This document shows, piece by piece, positions 1 to 14,423 of a stretch of DNA of 64,000 nucleotides. Source of the stretch: Felis catus (taxonomy: Eukaryota); assembly GCF_018350175.1 (NCBI RefSeq), contig NC_058381.1, positions 15,872,001-15,936,000 on the forward strand. Direction: 5' to 3'. The position numbers were made by a program, and so were the translations under genes. The notes under the pieces were generated by a model. The model was not told the origin of the DNA. It was given only the letters and a program-made list of their open reading frames with translations, and did not search any database. Every line of letters begins with the position of its first letter. The first letter of the stretch is position 1.

Positions 1-221
1 ACATCCTTTCAACCAGTCTGTGACTTTGGACTCCTAAATGGCTCTGTGGACTTGCTCTCTGAATCCCAGTCTTCACTCGGGCTCTTATCGCCCCCTGTAG
101 GTGATCTGCCAACTGGTCTTCCTGCCTCCAGTTCTGCCTCCCCTGGCTCACCCTCTGCTCTGCTGCCAGATGGAATATTTTAAATGTGAATCTGATCCAG
201 TCATTACCCTGTCAAGAGTCC

Positions 222-286
222 TTTTTTTTTTTTGAGAAAGAGAAGGTATGTGCAGGGGAGGGGCAGAGAGAGACAGACAGAAAGAA

Positions 287-332
<46 letters not shown>

Positions 333-457
333 AATCCCAAGCAGGCTCCACACTGTCAGCACAGAGCCCGACACGGGGCTCAATCTCACAAACCATGAGA
401 CCATGACCTGAGCTGAAATCAAGAGTCGATGCTTAAATGACCGAGCCCCCCAGGCTA
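222..457 (-). mobile_element. Can-SINE (SINEC_Fc-like)
   Basis: poly-T, (GA)n and antisense tRNA-derived head. Confidence 0.85.
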
Positions 458-1873
458 TCTAAAGTCCGTAAGTGAACAGCCACTGCCTAGAGTCACTGTC
501 TCCAGCGCAGGGCGTGGACATCCCAAAGGGGTTTGCAATAATGCCCATTAGAGTGTGAAAAGAAAACATTAAAATCTCTATTTTGCGGGGGCTGGATATA
601 GTATACTTTATTGACAGTACATGACAAAAACCTCTGTTTTTATTATTTATGTAACAAACACTACTAAAACCTAATTTATTTAAGACGGCTACTAGAGTAT
701 GTACCTAATACTTTGAGGGTGTGTACAAACCTAAAACTGGGCCCGGTGACAATGAGCTGTGTGGAAAATATTTCCCTGAGAGGCATGCGGGGCCTGCAAG
801 CCTAGAGAACACGGTCCCTTCAGGACCCTTGCTCTGCCAACCCCGTCAGCCTTATCTCCTAGGAGGCTCTGTTCCCTGTGCACACTCTGTGTTTCTCATC
901 TCCGAGCCTTTGTCCTGTGCTTAGAATGAACTTCTCTCCCTGTCATCCTAGATTTGCCCATCAGTTGACTCTGCCTAGGGTAGTGTTCCGCCAGACGGCC
1001 ACAGGCCTGGCTCCTTCATAGGTATCAAGTCTTAGTTTAAAGGGAAGTACCTCACACAGACCTTCCCCGGCCACTTATCTAAAGGAGCCCCCCACCCCCG
1101 CTGCACCTGCTGTTTACCATAGTATCCACGACACTTGAGAATTTCTTGTATATTTATTTGTTGGTTTGTTTATTGTCTTCTTCCTCACGCTAGACTCCAC
1201 AAGACTAGGAACTTGCCTGCCACACCATTTCCCGCCAGTTTCTAAACAGTGCCTGGCATTTAGCAGACACTTCATAAATGTGTGTGACTAAATGAAGGAA
1301 TGACTCCTTTAAGATTTGGCAGAAGGCCTGCCTCCTCTCTGAGGTTTTGATTTTCTTAGGAAGAACGTTCCTTTGTTCCTCACTAAACCATTCAATACCT
1401 CCCCCACAGCATTCATCAGTGTCTCTCCCCCAGCCCCCCGCCCTTGATCATGTACACTTCAAGGGCATGGACCGGGTGTTATTCTTCTTTGTGCCCCCAG
1501 CGCCTAGCTTGGTGACCGGTACCTGTCAGGTGCCCACTGAACATTTGCTGAATTCATAAATGAATTACCAAAAAGAACTCTAGCTGACTTTCTCCCGACT
1601 CTGATGCTTCTAATTCTCTACTTCTCACCTAAACACCCAAAAAACAACTGTGTAAGAAAAACCCATCTGTATAGGCAAGCCAACCAACACAACAAAATAA
1701 AAAACAAAGTCTGAAAATTCGCATCTCAAAATAGGAGTGAGAGTAGCTTTATGACCCCAGGGTTATCCTCCCCACCTCACTCCCACTCTTCCCGATTAAT
1801 TTTAAAAATCCTTTCTACCTCCCAATTTACCATAGAAAATGTAGGTGACTCTTACAGACTAAAGATAGCATTT

Positions 1874-2030
1874 CTTTCTTCTTCTTCTTCTTCTTCTTTT
1901 TTTTGTTTTTAAGTAGGCTTCATGCCCAGCACAGAGCCCAATACAGGGCTTGAACTCATGACCCTGAGATCAAGACCTGAGTTGAGATCAAGAGTCAGAC
2001 ACTTAAGTGACTGAGCCACCCAGGCGCCCC
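1874..2030 (-). mobile_element. Short Can-SINE variant with (CTT)n/poly-T tail
   Basis: ...GAGCCACCCAGGCGCCCC head in antisense. Confidence 0.8.
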
Positions 2031-2128
2031 ATTACAATTTCTAATAATATGCTCACAATACGAAGAATTCCACTCTCACACAACAGTATTTGGTATAAGC
2101 TTACCCCCCACCAAACCCCAATCGGTTA

Positions 2129-2350
<222 letters not shown>

Positions 2351-3923
2351 TTAAAAAATAACTGTCATCTTTCTGTCTTGTTTAATGTACTCTTTCTTTC
2401 CTTCCTACTGGATGGTAAACTCTTTGAAAGCAAGAAACATACCTTCTTTCATTTTAAAGGCTTAACACCCAACGACTGCTTGGGAAAATATCTGTTAAAG
2501 TGAATCTTTGATTTTCACTAACATCTGTAATTTTAACATCTTGGTGCAACTAACAGAATGTGCAACAGTGGCAAGTTCCACAGATATCAACAAAATTCCA
2601 CAGACAAGGGAAAATAAATGGGCTTTGTCCACTATCAGATTAAACCAGCTGATGACATGACTGTATTAAGGAAGGCTTGATAAAAGACTTATGCATATGT
2701 CTGTGATGGCTTAGTACTGGAATTCACTTTGCACTGAAGCAATTTTTACGCTTCAGACAGCGTCAGGAAATGGAGCTTGCATTCAGGAACTGTCCATCTC
2801 TTTAGCAGAAGAAAGAACACTGCCTCTGAAAAATAACTCCCTTCAAAAGCTACAACTTGAAAAACATGTAACAAGGTAGATTATGAAAGCAGTGGAGTGA
2901 TGCCCTGGGTACTGGATTTCACCAGCTCAAGACCGTCATTCTGGGAAGCCAATTCTTTTCTGATGTCTGCTCATTAGCTAAACCTATGCTAGAACTCAGT
3001 CTTCTTAAGAAACAGCAAAAATACACTCTTCTAAAATCCTTGCCAAACCGTAACTGACTGCGTTGTTTGTTTCTTCTATTAGGGCCCATTAGGTCCAAAG
3101 AGAAAATGAAATGTATGTCTTTTTCTGTCAGGTGGAGGCGGGTGGGGAGCTGGGGCCTGAACAACAAAACCTTTGCCCAGTGGCCTGGCATCCTTAGGAT
3201 GTGCCAAGTGTCCTTTGTATGGGGTAATCCAACCACTGGTGGAAAAACACACATCCAAAAATCTATAAATGGGACAATACAAATAAGTTAGTACAGTGGC
3301 AGGCCTATAATCAGTATTAATGCTCAAAAAAAAAAATTAACTATTAGCAATGGTAGTAGTAATGCTTTATTTCAAAAAACTTCCCAGTGGTCATTAAATA
3401 TGGCACAACCCTCCTTTTCTTAAATCTCATCCCCTACACCAATTCCTTTAACGGAGATCCTCTCCCTTTATCAGAAGCAAAATCCTGCACAAGGGTCTAA
3501 GTCACTATTTCCAATACAATTACTCTTAAAAACCCAGTAAACTTGAAAAGAGAATTTAGTCAACCAAAGAGTTTCGGAAGGGAAGGAAGGCCTCCCGGGA
3601 ATATTCTTCAACCTAATCCAAATTAATCAACAGCAGAAATTCTCAACCATTTAAGTACGGTAAAGGGTCCTTTTTCAACCTTGTCCCCTCTGCTCTGTGA
3701 CCCGCTGCAGGTGTTAAAGTTGTTCCCCTTCTCAATTCCTAGTCCCTCACAAAAGGTTAGACTAAGAAGCGGGAGCAGCGGCACACCAGCCTGGTAAATA
3801 ACCCCCCAAATCTGACGTTGGTATCCACGAACTCCCTTCTTCCAGGTTCATGCTTTCAGGAGGCGCGGTTCCTTTGCCCAAACTCACCAGGACGCCTCAT
3901 CCTCTAAAGACAATCAAGGCCTA

Positions 3924-4800
<877 letters not shown>

Positions 4801-5659
4801 TTGACAGAGTTAAGTTCCCCGTGTGCCAAGCCTCTAGGCAGAGTTTTCTGGGGGTGTCTGCAGCCTCTCCCTAGTGGAGGAAGGGGGAAGAGCCAAATTA
4901 GCGCTCCGCCGCTGGGGAAATGTTTACTTTCCGAGACTCTGAATATCTGGAGTCTAAGTCCCATTCCACGACTGATAAGCTGTGGGTTCTTGGGCAAATT
5001 ACTGCATCTGCCCCTTCCCCTGCAAGGATGTGGTGAGCGTTAAATATAAAAAGTGCTATGCAAATTTAAGCTAGTAATACAGGTAATATTAGGGTGTCTA
5101 GTCCTCATGCACCACGATGGGAAGAGAGGCCAGATCTTCCTGTGGAACTGCTTTTCCTCCAGACGCTTAAAACAATGAGACAATTGTAGCCAACCAGAGG
5201 AGTTGTTTTACCAGTTAAACATTGTGCATTTACAAAATGGAAGAGTCCTTGGGCCCGCTGAACTTTTTTTTTTTTTTTAATTTTATCAAAATTGTAGTAA
5301 ACGTGAAAGCAATTTCTAACAATAAGAGAAGGCTTAAAAATATAAATCGGCTATACGATAGAATAGTACTGACTCATAAAACTATGGTTTTGAAAGTTAC
5401 TTAATGTCATGGAAAAACGTGCTTAATATGTTTCAGGAAGTAAAACGTACATTTGGGAGAGCAAAAATGTACAGTATAGCCCCCATGTATGTGTATTTTG
5501 CACATATAAAAATGACATCAAAGAAATATTACTGTTCCGCAGGTGATGGAAAGTACACTCTATATTTTTCCAGAATGTCTACCAATAGCCTGTACTACTT
5601 TTATAATACTTTTTTTGAAAGGAAAAATTTGATCCACCTGATTGGAATTTTTTGCCATC

Positions 5660-6285
5660 TTTCGTATTAAGGCATAATTTACATCCAGTAGCATTCACCT
5701 TTCAGTTTACAATGCCATGAGTTTTGTTAAAGGCGTATAGTCATGTAACTACCATCCCAATCGAGACCTGAGACAGTTCTATTATTTCTCCAAATTCCCT
5801 CATGCTCCACCCCATTGCCTGGCAACCACTGACCTGATCTCTGTCCCTACGGTGTGGCCTTTTCAGAATGTCATATAAATGTAATCATACCACATGTCAC
5901 CTTCGGAGTCTGGCTTCTTTCACCCAGCGTGAAGCTGTTGCATTTCATCCATGTTGTTGCATGTGTCAGTAGTTCATTTCTCCTTGCTGAGTGCTANNNN
6001 NNNNNNNNNNNNNNNNNNNNNNNNNNNNNNNNNNNNNNNNNNNNNNNNNNNNNNNNNNNNNNNNNNNNNNNNNNNNNNNNNNNNNNNNNNNNNNNNNNNN
6101 NNNNNNNNNNNNNNNNNNNNNNNNNNNNNNNNNNNNNNNNNNNNNNNNNNNNCTTAGAAGTGGGATTGCCGGGTTGTATGGAAAGTCTGTGTTAAGCTTT
6201 GTAAGAAACTGGTAAACCGTGTTTCCAACATAGCTGTATAATTTTTGCATTCCTACCAGTGATATACAAGAGTTCTGGTTGCTCA
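5660..6285 (-). mobile_element. Old L1 (L1M-type) 3' fragment, interrupted by an N gap
   Basis: Typical antisense L1 3' text (TTCATCCATGTTGTTGCATG; TTGCATTCCTACCAG). Confidence 0.7.
5997..6152. other. Assembly gap (156 N)
   Basis: N run. Confidence 1.
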
Positions 6286-6462
6286 TAGAGCTTTTTAATC
6301 GTGATAAGAGCTAACATTTCCTAGCTCCTACCATATGCCAGGCACCATGCTAGGCATGCATTATCTCTTTTAACCCACATGGCATTCTGAGGTTGGAAGT
6401 TAGTATCATTGCCCCATTTAGCAGATGAGAAAATGGAGACGTAGTTAAAATCAATAACTTGT

Positions 6463-6683
6463 GGGGCACCTAGGTGGCTCCGTCACTTAAGCGTCCGACT
6501 TCAGCTCAGGTCGTGATCTCACGGTCCTTGAGTTCAAGCCCCGCATTGGGCTCTGTGCTGACAGCTCAGAGCCTGGAGCCTACTTCGAATTCTCTGTCTC
6601 CCTCTGTCTCTCTCTGCCCTCTCCCGCTCAGGCTCTGTCTTTCTCTCTGTCTCTCAAAAATAAATAAGCATTAAAAAAAATTA
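6463..6683 (+). mobile_element. Can-SINE inserted into a MIR element
   Basis: TSD AATAACTTGT at 6453-6462 and 6684-6693; MIR core (CCCATTT..CAGATGAGAAAA) lies upstream and resumes after it. Confidence 0.88.
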
Positions 6684-9600
6684 AATAACTTGTCCAAGAT
6701 CCCATAGCTAACTCTTCCAAACATTCACTCACTCATTCAATAAACTCAATATATGTATTGAATGAATGAATGAATGTTCCTGCTGTTCTTGCTGGTGATA
6801 GGCACTAGGCTAGGTGCTGGGAATTTAGCAGTCAACAAAATAGATCAAGTGCCTGCCTCCACAGAGCTATTTCCATGTCTGAAAAGAGTATTCATACAAA
6901 TAAACATAATGAAAGACAAAGCATACGTTGAAAGACTATTTTGAAAGAGTATTCTGATTGGATCTGGGGGTCAGGAAAGGCATCTCTGAGGAAATGAATT
7001 TTGAGCTGAAGCAAAGGGTGGGTGGTGAGAGGAATCGCAGGTGACAGATGAAAGGAATGGTGTGTGCAGAAGCCTTGAGGATGGAAGAAATTGGCCAGGG
7101 GGATGGGACTTTGAAAGCCAAGGGGAGAATGGTAAAGAAGAGGCTAGAGAAATAGGTGGTGCCAGATGATGGAGGCTCCTGAAGGTCATGTTAAGGAATG
7201 AGAAGCCTTGGAAGGACTGTGAGCAGAGAAGTGACATGACCAAGTTTAGCATGCCTGTTATCAGCCCTAGTCCCCTCATTTTCGTTTTCTCTGCTTCTGA
7301 GAAGTGGGCATAATTGTGGCAGGTCATGAAACAAGGATGACGGTTTCCAGTCCAAATTCATGGTATCCAGTTTCCACTGCTTGTCCTTTATGCATTGTCA
7401 ACTCAATTGCATTCCCGCTGCTTCCCTACTCTGCAGCTCCCAACTCAATTATTTCCCTTCTCCCTCTCTGCAGATAAGATACTAGTAATGAATATAAGCT
7501 TGGGTTTAAGAAAGCTGTCCAGTACAAAAAGTGTAGGAAGACAAAAGAGCAGAGATACAGGTGGACCCTACATTTAAAAAAAGGGCGTTAAGATAAGTAA
7601 TGACAGGCTAGACTTATTTATGATAAGCGAAAGAGGGAAATGGAAGGAGGCAGTCTGGAGAGACAGATTATATGGTTTTAAGATAAAATATGGATATTCA
7701 CATATATGAGAAATTTGGAGATGAAAATAAGGAGCATGTGATATTCTCACAATTTTTTTCCTGTGATGCAGTGGGATGGGGTACAGCTGATGACAGAGTA
7801 TTACAGAAAACATTTTCTCACTTGAAATTTCACCTGATGCATAAATTCAGTCTCTAATACTTAAAACCTACTCACATACCTTGGAAGCCCTACCCTGTAA
7901 TAGGCAGTGGAAAAGGGGGGAGGGGTTGTTAAAGGAGGAGCACAGTAGGCCACAGGGGATTTATGGGGTGCATCTCTCAGGACAGCATCAAAATAAAGTG
8001 GGAACATCCAGTAACCCCCAAATGAATTTTCATAATGTTTCCCATTAGGATGGAAGTATTAAGTAGTTTTAAAATAGCCTTTGTTAATGACATCCAGTGA
8101 GGTCTTTCAATTTCATATGCCTGTCAATTTTGCGTTTCTTTCTACCTCTGTTAAAGGGAATCTCCAAAACCCTGGTATATTTACAACTGGTTTGATTGTT
8201 TTTGAAGTAGCTGTACTACATTAAGTAGACATTGTGCAGAGTATGTTATTTTATAAGATCAAGACAGTATCTTTCTTCCAATTAAGCTTCCCCTTCATAA
8301 TGACCCTCCCCTAAACAACTGAGCTTTTTGTGAGATTTCTTGTAAAAAAAAAAAAAATGGCAAGATGTCTGAACACCTGATCCTTAGCCACTAAAGGCCA
8401 GTAGCATAGCCCCATTCCAACACTGTATTAACCAAAAATATTCCCTACAAATTTCTAAAATGCCTCCTAGGACTCTCAAACACAATTATCCTATTATTAC
8501 TATGATCCTATTATCACTATGGGTGGCAAAGTTCCCATGCCAACTTGTAATTGGAGGAATATAATTTGATTTCTACAAGAAAGCTTGTTTAAAAAATGTT
8601 TGATTGGCACTCCTTTATGGACTGTTTTTAGTATGTGGCTTTTCATGATGATACTGTCTTTTGCTGTCCTTCATTCCTCAATTTTTTGAATATCCTGAAC
8701 CACCAGCATTTGGTTTTGATCGGCAGTCAGATGTTCTGCTCGTCCCCATAGCCTAGACACCCAGTTTTGTTTTGATTGGCACGCCCGTTCTCTGTGCATG
8801 CCTGTTCTTGCTAAACAGATCCTAATTGCCAGCTAGCTTCAGCAGCTCCCCTGTTCCCACGATCATAGCTCAGGCATTCAGTCATGCTGGCTCCCAGATG
8901 CCTTTAGAACTTCCGCAGTGGCTACATAGGATTCACATTCAGTAATTCCTTCGCCTACTTGACAAGGTGATAACTATATAGGCCAAAATGACAGAACTTT
9001 TGTGTACGTCTTACACTTTACAACAAAAACAAAAACATTTGGTTTTATACAATTAACATTAACTAACCAGTACAATCATTATAATGTAGCTGCCGTTAAT
9101 TTATTGTATCTAACATCCTTAAGTGTCTTACAATGCCATTGCCACTTCCAGCCCTGTTTTCTTGTTTCTTTGTCTCTACTTCTTCTGTTGTATTTCCTGA
9201 GCTGGATCTTCAACCACTTCTCTTCTCCTGGTCTACACCAGTAGTTCTTAATCTTTTTTGAGTCTGAGTCCCTTGGAGGACATGAAGAACACTATATAGA
9301 TCCTTTCCCCAGAAAAATACACATTTGCACCTTTTGCATGCAGTTTGAAGGGAAAGGGGGATTCCACTGAATATATCTTAAACTTTTTTTAACCTCTTTT
9401 TTTAAGCCCCTGACTCCTTCTGCTAAACATAAAAATTTTGTGAACAGCCTTCCCACACATAATATTCTTCAATTTCACAATCACTGATACACAGGTGATA
9501 TCCCTTCTCCACCAGCCAAGAATTATTTTTAAAATATAGATTTTTATTTTAAATCTATACTTTAGATCTACATCAGAAAACCAGTGAAAAGTTTTATTTC

Positions 9601-9910
9601 CTAAATATAATATTTTTCAAAATTCTGATGGCTTCCTCTACCTCAGTCCCCCATTGAGAGTCACTGGTATGAGAGACCGTTCCCACAGCCATCATTAGTC
9701 TCTAAATCTTTTTTTTTTAATGTTTTTATTTATTTTTGAGAGAGAGAGAGACAGAGAGAGAGCATGAATGGGGATGGGCAGAGAGAGAGGGAGACAGTGT
9801 GAATTATAAGAATATTTTTCAAACTTTTCTTCTAGTATATCTATAGTGTTGCTTTCCGTGTTTAATCTTTTGTATATCTGGAATTTATATTGGTGTTTGG
9901 TGTGTGGCAT

Positions 9911-10345
9911 TGTATTCATTTTCTAGGACTGCCATAACAAATTACCAAAGGCTGAGTGCATTATGACAACAGAAATTAATTTTCTCATAGTTCTGGAGGG
10001 CAGAAGTCTGAAATCAAGGTGTTGGTAGGGTTGATTACTTGTTGGGGGCTCTGAGGGAGAAACTAACCCAAGCCCCTCCCCTTGCTTCGGGTAGCTGCCC
10101 ACAGTCCTTGGCTTGTAGACTCATCGTTCCAAACTCTCACTCCATCCTCACATCACCTTCCTTTCTATGTCCTTTTCTGTCTCTTATAAGGATACTCTCA
10201 TTGGATTTAGGGCCTACGCTGACCTAGTGGGGTCTCACCTCAGTCCTTACCATAATTAAATCAGCAAAGACGCCATTTCCAAATAAGGTCATATTCTGAG
10301 GTTCTGGGAGGACATGTATTGTGGAGGGGCAGTATTCAACTAATT
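9911..10345. mobile_element. MLT1-type (MaLR) solo LTR
   Basis: GCCATAACAAATTACC...CATAGTTCTGGAGG.CAGAAGTCTGAAATCAAGGTG...TTTCCAAATAAGGTCA.ATTCTGAGG. Confidence 0.75.
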
Positions 10346-12064
10346 TTATTTTTTCCAAAGGATGGCTAACGAATTCTGTGGTTTTCTTAGTTAGTTCTTC
10401 ATTTCCTCACAAGTATGATGTGTTTGCTACAGACTAAATTTAGTGGGTCTGGTTCAGGACTGTGTTTTATTCCATTGATCTATTTGTTTCTTCTACACTG
10501 TTTCAGTTAGGATAATTTGAGGTATTTTGATATATTGTAACTTCCTCCCTTCCCCCAGTGTTCTTTATTCAAATATTTCTTTGCCACTCTTGCACATTTT
10601 CTTTAATTCACATAAGCTTTAGAAAGAGCTTACTGAATCTATTAAAAACATATTAGGATTTCACTTGGAATTGTATTGAATTTATAGATCAACTTGAGGA
10701 AAATATACATGCTTACAATATTGAATCTTCCCTTTAGGACCATGCTGTCTATTTATTAAGGCTTTTATGTCTTACAGGAAGGGTTCATAGCTCTCTTCAT
10801 ACAGGTCTTGCATATTTCTTGTTAGGTCTAAAACTTGTAACAGATTTTATAAATTATAAAATTATAAATTAAAAAAATATATTAAAAATATATTTAAAAA
10901 TATACCTGAAACTAATATAATACTGTATGTTAACTATACTGGAATTAAAATAAACATTGTAAATGTTCCTCCTTTTCTATTACATTTTCTAATTGATATT
11001 TATTTGCTGGCTTATAGAAAAGCCATTTAATTTGGGTATTGGTCTTGTATCCAGCCACCTTACCTCAATTATTTTATTCTATATTTTAGTTGATTTTCTT
11101 ATTTTTTTTTTTTGCTTTTCTGTTTTTATTTTTTATATTAAATATAATTTATTGTCAAATTTGTTTCCATAGTTTTTTCTTGATAAATTATTATAGTCTC
11201 TTCCTTTTTAATGTTAAAATCTGTTTTGAAGGCTTATATGTGCACTGTTATATTGGCTAGGACCTCAACAGTAGGGTGTTAAACAGCAGCAGATTGAGTG
11301 AACATGGTATTTAAAACTGAAATAGAAGAGAGCATATAGAGATAAACCCATCGAGCTACGGATGTGGCATACGGAAACAACGGACTTACAACACGTAAAA
11401 GAAGGAAAGTGGCAGAATCTTGACTACCAAGGGCTTCCTGTCCTTCATATTGCAATAGTATTTAAAATCTTCCAAATCCTCTAAGACCCCTGCCGGGCAG
11501 CTCCATCATGTTAGCTGACAACATGGGAATTTGCTCTGCCTGAAGGGCAGACGTATTTCAGTCTGGCTCATAACTCAACAGTTTATTCGGCCTTCAGACT
11601 CACAATTACTAATTTGTGAGGTCGGTCCCAGACAAGCGGTGACACTCAGCCGCCGCATAAGCATGCACCAGTATGCTCGGGGCTGAGGTGCTTGTTGCTA
11701 TACATAATGAAGTTTCCTTCCCAAATAAGGCTCTTAAGTCCTTGTAACTAATTAGCTTTCTCTGCATTGTTTTTATTTTGGGCCATTTAGATTTTCATCC
11801 ACAATCTTCTTGAGACGTAATTAACTCTTGGGGTGGAAATTGCCTGTGTATGCTAAAAGACATTACAAACTTAGCTGCACAAAGAATGGCTCTTCCTTCA
11901 CTGCCTAAACAAGCACCAAGGCCCTATGTAATTACAGTTCACAAAATAGGTTAATAGAGCTCAGCCTATAAAAAGAAAAAATGATACTTAAATAGCAGCT
12001 TTAGTTTCTTATGATGCCCACTTTAAAGACAGAAACTGAATGCTAATAAGGATAGGACTCTTAC

Positions 12065-12264
12065 TTTTTTTCTTTTTTTTGAGAGAGAGAGAGAAAGAAA
12101 ACACACATGCTCAGGGGAGGAGCAGAGAGAGAGGGGAGACAGGATCTGAAGCAGACCCCGTACTGAAAGCACAGAGCCCTATGCGGGGCTCGAACTCACA
12201 AACCGTGAGATCATGACCTGAGCCAAAGTCAGACGCTCAACTGACTGAGCCACCCAGGAACCCT
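12065..12264 (-). mobile_element. Can-SINE
   Basis: TSD GGACTCTTACT on both sides. Confidence 0.88.
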
Positions 12265-12561
12265 GGACTCTTACTATTTTTAAAGTTAAAGCTACCAGAA
12301 CACATGAAGACCTTGCCTGTCTTCGTGCCAAAGTGTGTGCCTATGGACAAACCCACTATGCCCCAGTTAAGAATTCCTTTCAAAACAAATGATAACCCAC
12401 TTTAAAAGATCATCTATAATAATCAAATATCAAATTACTTCTGACTTATGAAAAATGAGGTTTGTAAAGATTTAATAACACTGAAAATACTTCTAAGTGA
12501 AATATTAATATTCAAGATTAATTTAAAGCATGATCTCAATCAAATATGTAATAAATGCATA

Positions 12562-12910
12562 TAAAGAGGTGCCATTTGCAACTATGTGGATGGGACTAGA
12601 GGGTATGAGGCTAAGCGAAATTAGAGAAAGACAAATATTATATGACTTCTCTCATATGAGAACTTTAAGATACAGAACAGATGAATACAAGGGAAGGGAA
12701 GCAAAAATAATATAAAAACAGGGAGGGGGACAAAACCTAAGAGACTTAAATATGGAGAACAAACAGAGGGTTACTGGAGGGGTTCTGGGAGGGGGGCTGG
12801 GCTAAATGGGTAAGGGGCATTAAGAAATCTACTCCTGAAATCATTGTTGCAACTATATGCTAACTAACTTAAATGTAAATTTAAAAAATAAATTAAATAT
12901 TAAAAAAAGA
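12562..12910 (+). mobile_element. 5'-truncated felid/carnivore L1 3' end
   Basis: ORF2 C-terminal remnant (PFATMWMGLEG...LSE), G-rich 3'UTR tract and A-rich tail. Confidence 0.82.
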
Positions 12911-13009
12911 GAACTGGGATGAATTCTACCAAGATGTCAATATCTGAGAGTGACATCTCTCAGTGATGGCATTATTGTGATTATTTTCCATAGTGGGCAT
13001 GTTTTACTT

Positions 13010-13229
13010 ATTTATTTATTTTTTTAACGTTTATTCATTTTTGAGAGATGGAGAGAGACAGAGCACGAGTGGGGGAGGGGCAGAGAGCAACAGAGACATA
13101 GAATCCAAAGCAGGCTCCAGGCTCTGAGCTGTCAGCACAGAGCCCGACCCGGGACTCGAACTCATGAACTGTGAGATCATAACCTGAGCTGAAGTCGGAC
13201 GCTTAACCGACTGAGCCACCCAGGCGCCC
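13010..13229 (-). mobile_element. Can-SINE (SINEC_Fc)
   Basis: Full antisense copy; imperfect TSD GGCATRTTTTACTT. Confidence 0.9.
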
Positions 13230-13805
13230 TGGCATATTTTACTTTCTAACATATTTTTTTTTACCAGAAAGCTAAAAATACCAGCAGAGTTTAGTTAAGT
13301 AGAGCAAGCAAAATAAACCTGTCACGGAATTAATTATGAGACACAAAGACACTAAAATTATGGCTCTGATAATTTAGGAAGGCAGCTGAATTTGTTCACA
13401 GCAATTTGCTGGTTCTAACGCATTTCAAAGGTAATTTCCTTAATGGTTCAATGCCCTTCAATTTTTTTTTTTTTTTTAACTAGAGTTTAGAATTCACACT
13501 ACTTTTGGTTATGTGTGCTGATCTGCAAACAAGCAAAATTTTGCATTTATAGCAAAAGAAATATGTGAAAGTGCCTTAAAAATGTAAAGCAGCACACAAA
13601 GGCAAGCACTACATAATCAGTTCTTTGTGTAAATTATGGTTTTTGTTGAGCGAGATCATTATCGCTGTGTACAGGAGCAAAGACTTCCCTGTGGTATGCA
13701 GCCGTGGTCACTGTTTGTAGAAGCCATGTGCTTGGGGTGGGACTGTGCCTCGTAGACTCACAGTTTGCTTTTGCAAACAGTGCAGGATAAAACTGAGGAA
13801 GCTGC

Positions 13806-14020
13806 CAGGGCGCCTAGGTGGCTCAGTCAGATGACTTCGCCTCAGGTCATGATCTCGCGGTCCGTGAGTTCGAGCCCCGCGTCGGGCTCTGTGCTGACAG
13901 CTCAGAGCCTGCAGCCTGCTTCGGATCCTGTGTCCCCCTCTCTCTGACCCTCCTCTGTTCATGCTCTGTCTCTCTCTGTCTCAAAAATAAATAAATATTA
14001 AACAAACAAACAAACAAACA
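13806..14020 (+). mobile_element. Can-SINE (SINEC_Fc)
   Basis: 17-bp TSD AAAACTGAGGAAGCTGC. Confidence 0.9.
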
Positions 14021-14158
14021 AAAACTGAGGAAGCTGCGGCCTGGAAGCTGGCTAAGGCCAGGCCTAAATCTTCTTCAACCCCATAGATGCTCACTGAGAA
14101 GTTTAACATCAGGAAACTGTGCTAGGGGGATACCAAGAAAAAGAATAATAGTCCCTTG

Positions 14159-14275
14159 GGGCGCCTGGATGGCTCAGTCGGTTGAGCGTCCAACTCATGG
14201 TTTCAGCTCAGGTCGTGACCTCACGGCTTTGTAGGTTTGAACCCCACATCAGGCTCTGTGCTGACAGCCTGCTTG

Positions 14276-14319
<44 letters not shown>

Positions 14320-14423
14320 TCCCTCTCCTTCTCCCTCTCCCTCTCCCTCTCCCTCTCTCCCTTCTGCCCCCACTCCCAACTTGCATTGTCTCTGTCTCCC
14401 TCAAAATAAATAAATAAATAAAT
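14159..14423 (+). mobile_element. Can-SINE with expanded (CT)n/(CTCTCC)n
   Basis: TSD AAGAATAATAGTCCCTTG. Confidence 0.9.

Noticed and set aside
148-422. Many 60-110 aa ORFs with SLSLSL/ERERER or MAQSVKRPTSAQV motifs across the window
   Set aside because: Translations of Can-SINE bodies and (CT)n tails
5854-6286. ORFs spanning N runs (also near 37.7-38.0 kb and 50.2-50.5 kb)
   Set aside because: Artefacts of assembly gaps
12333-12353. Plus-strand VCAYGQT, resembling the kinesin AYGQT P-loop lead-in
   Set aside because: Not followed by GSGKT and on the opposite strand to the other exon-like pieces; treated as chance. It also shows how easily kinesin-like words arise by eye
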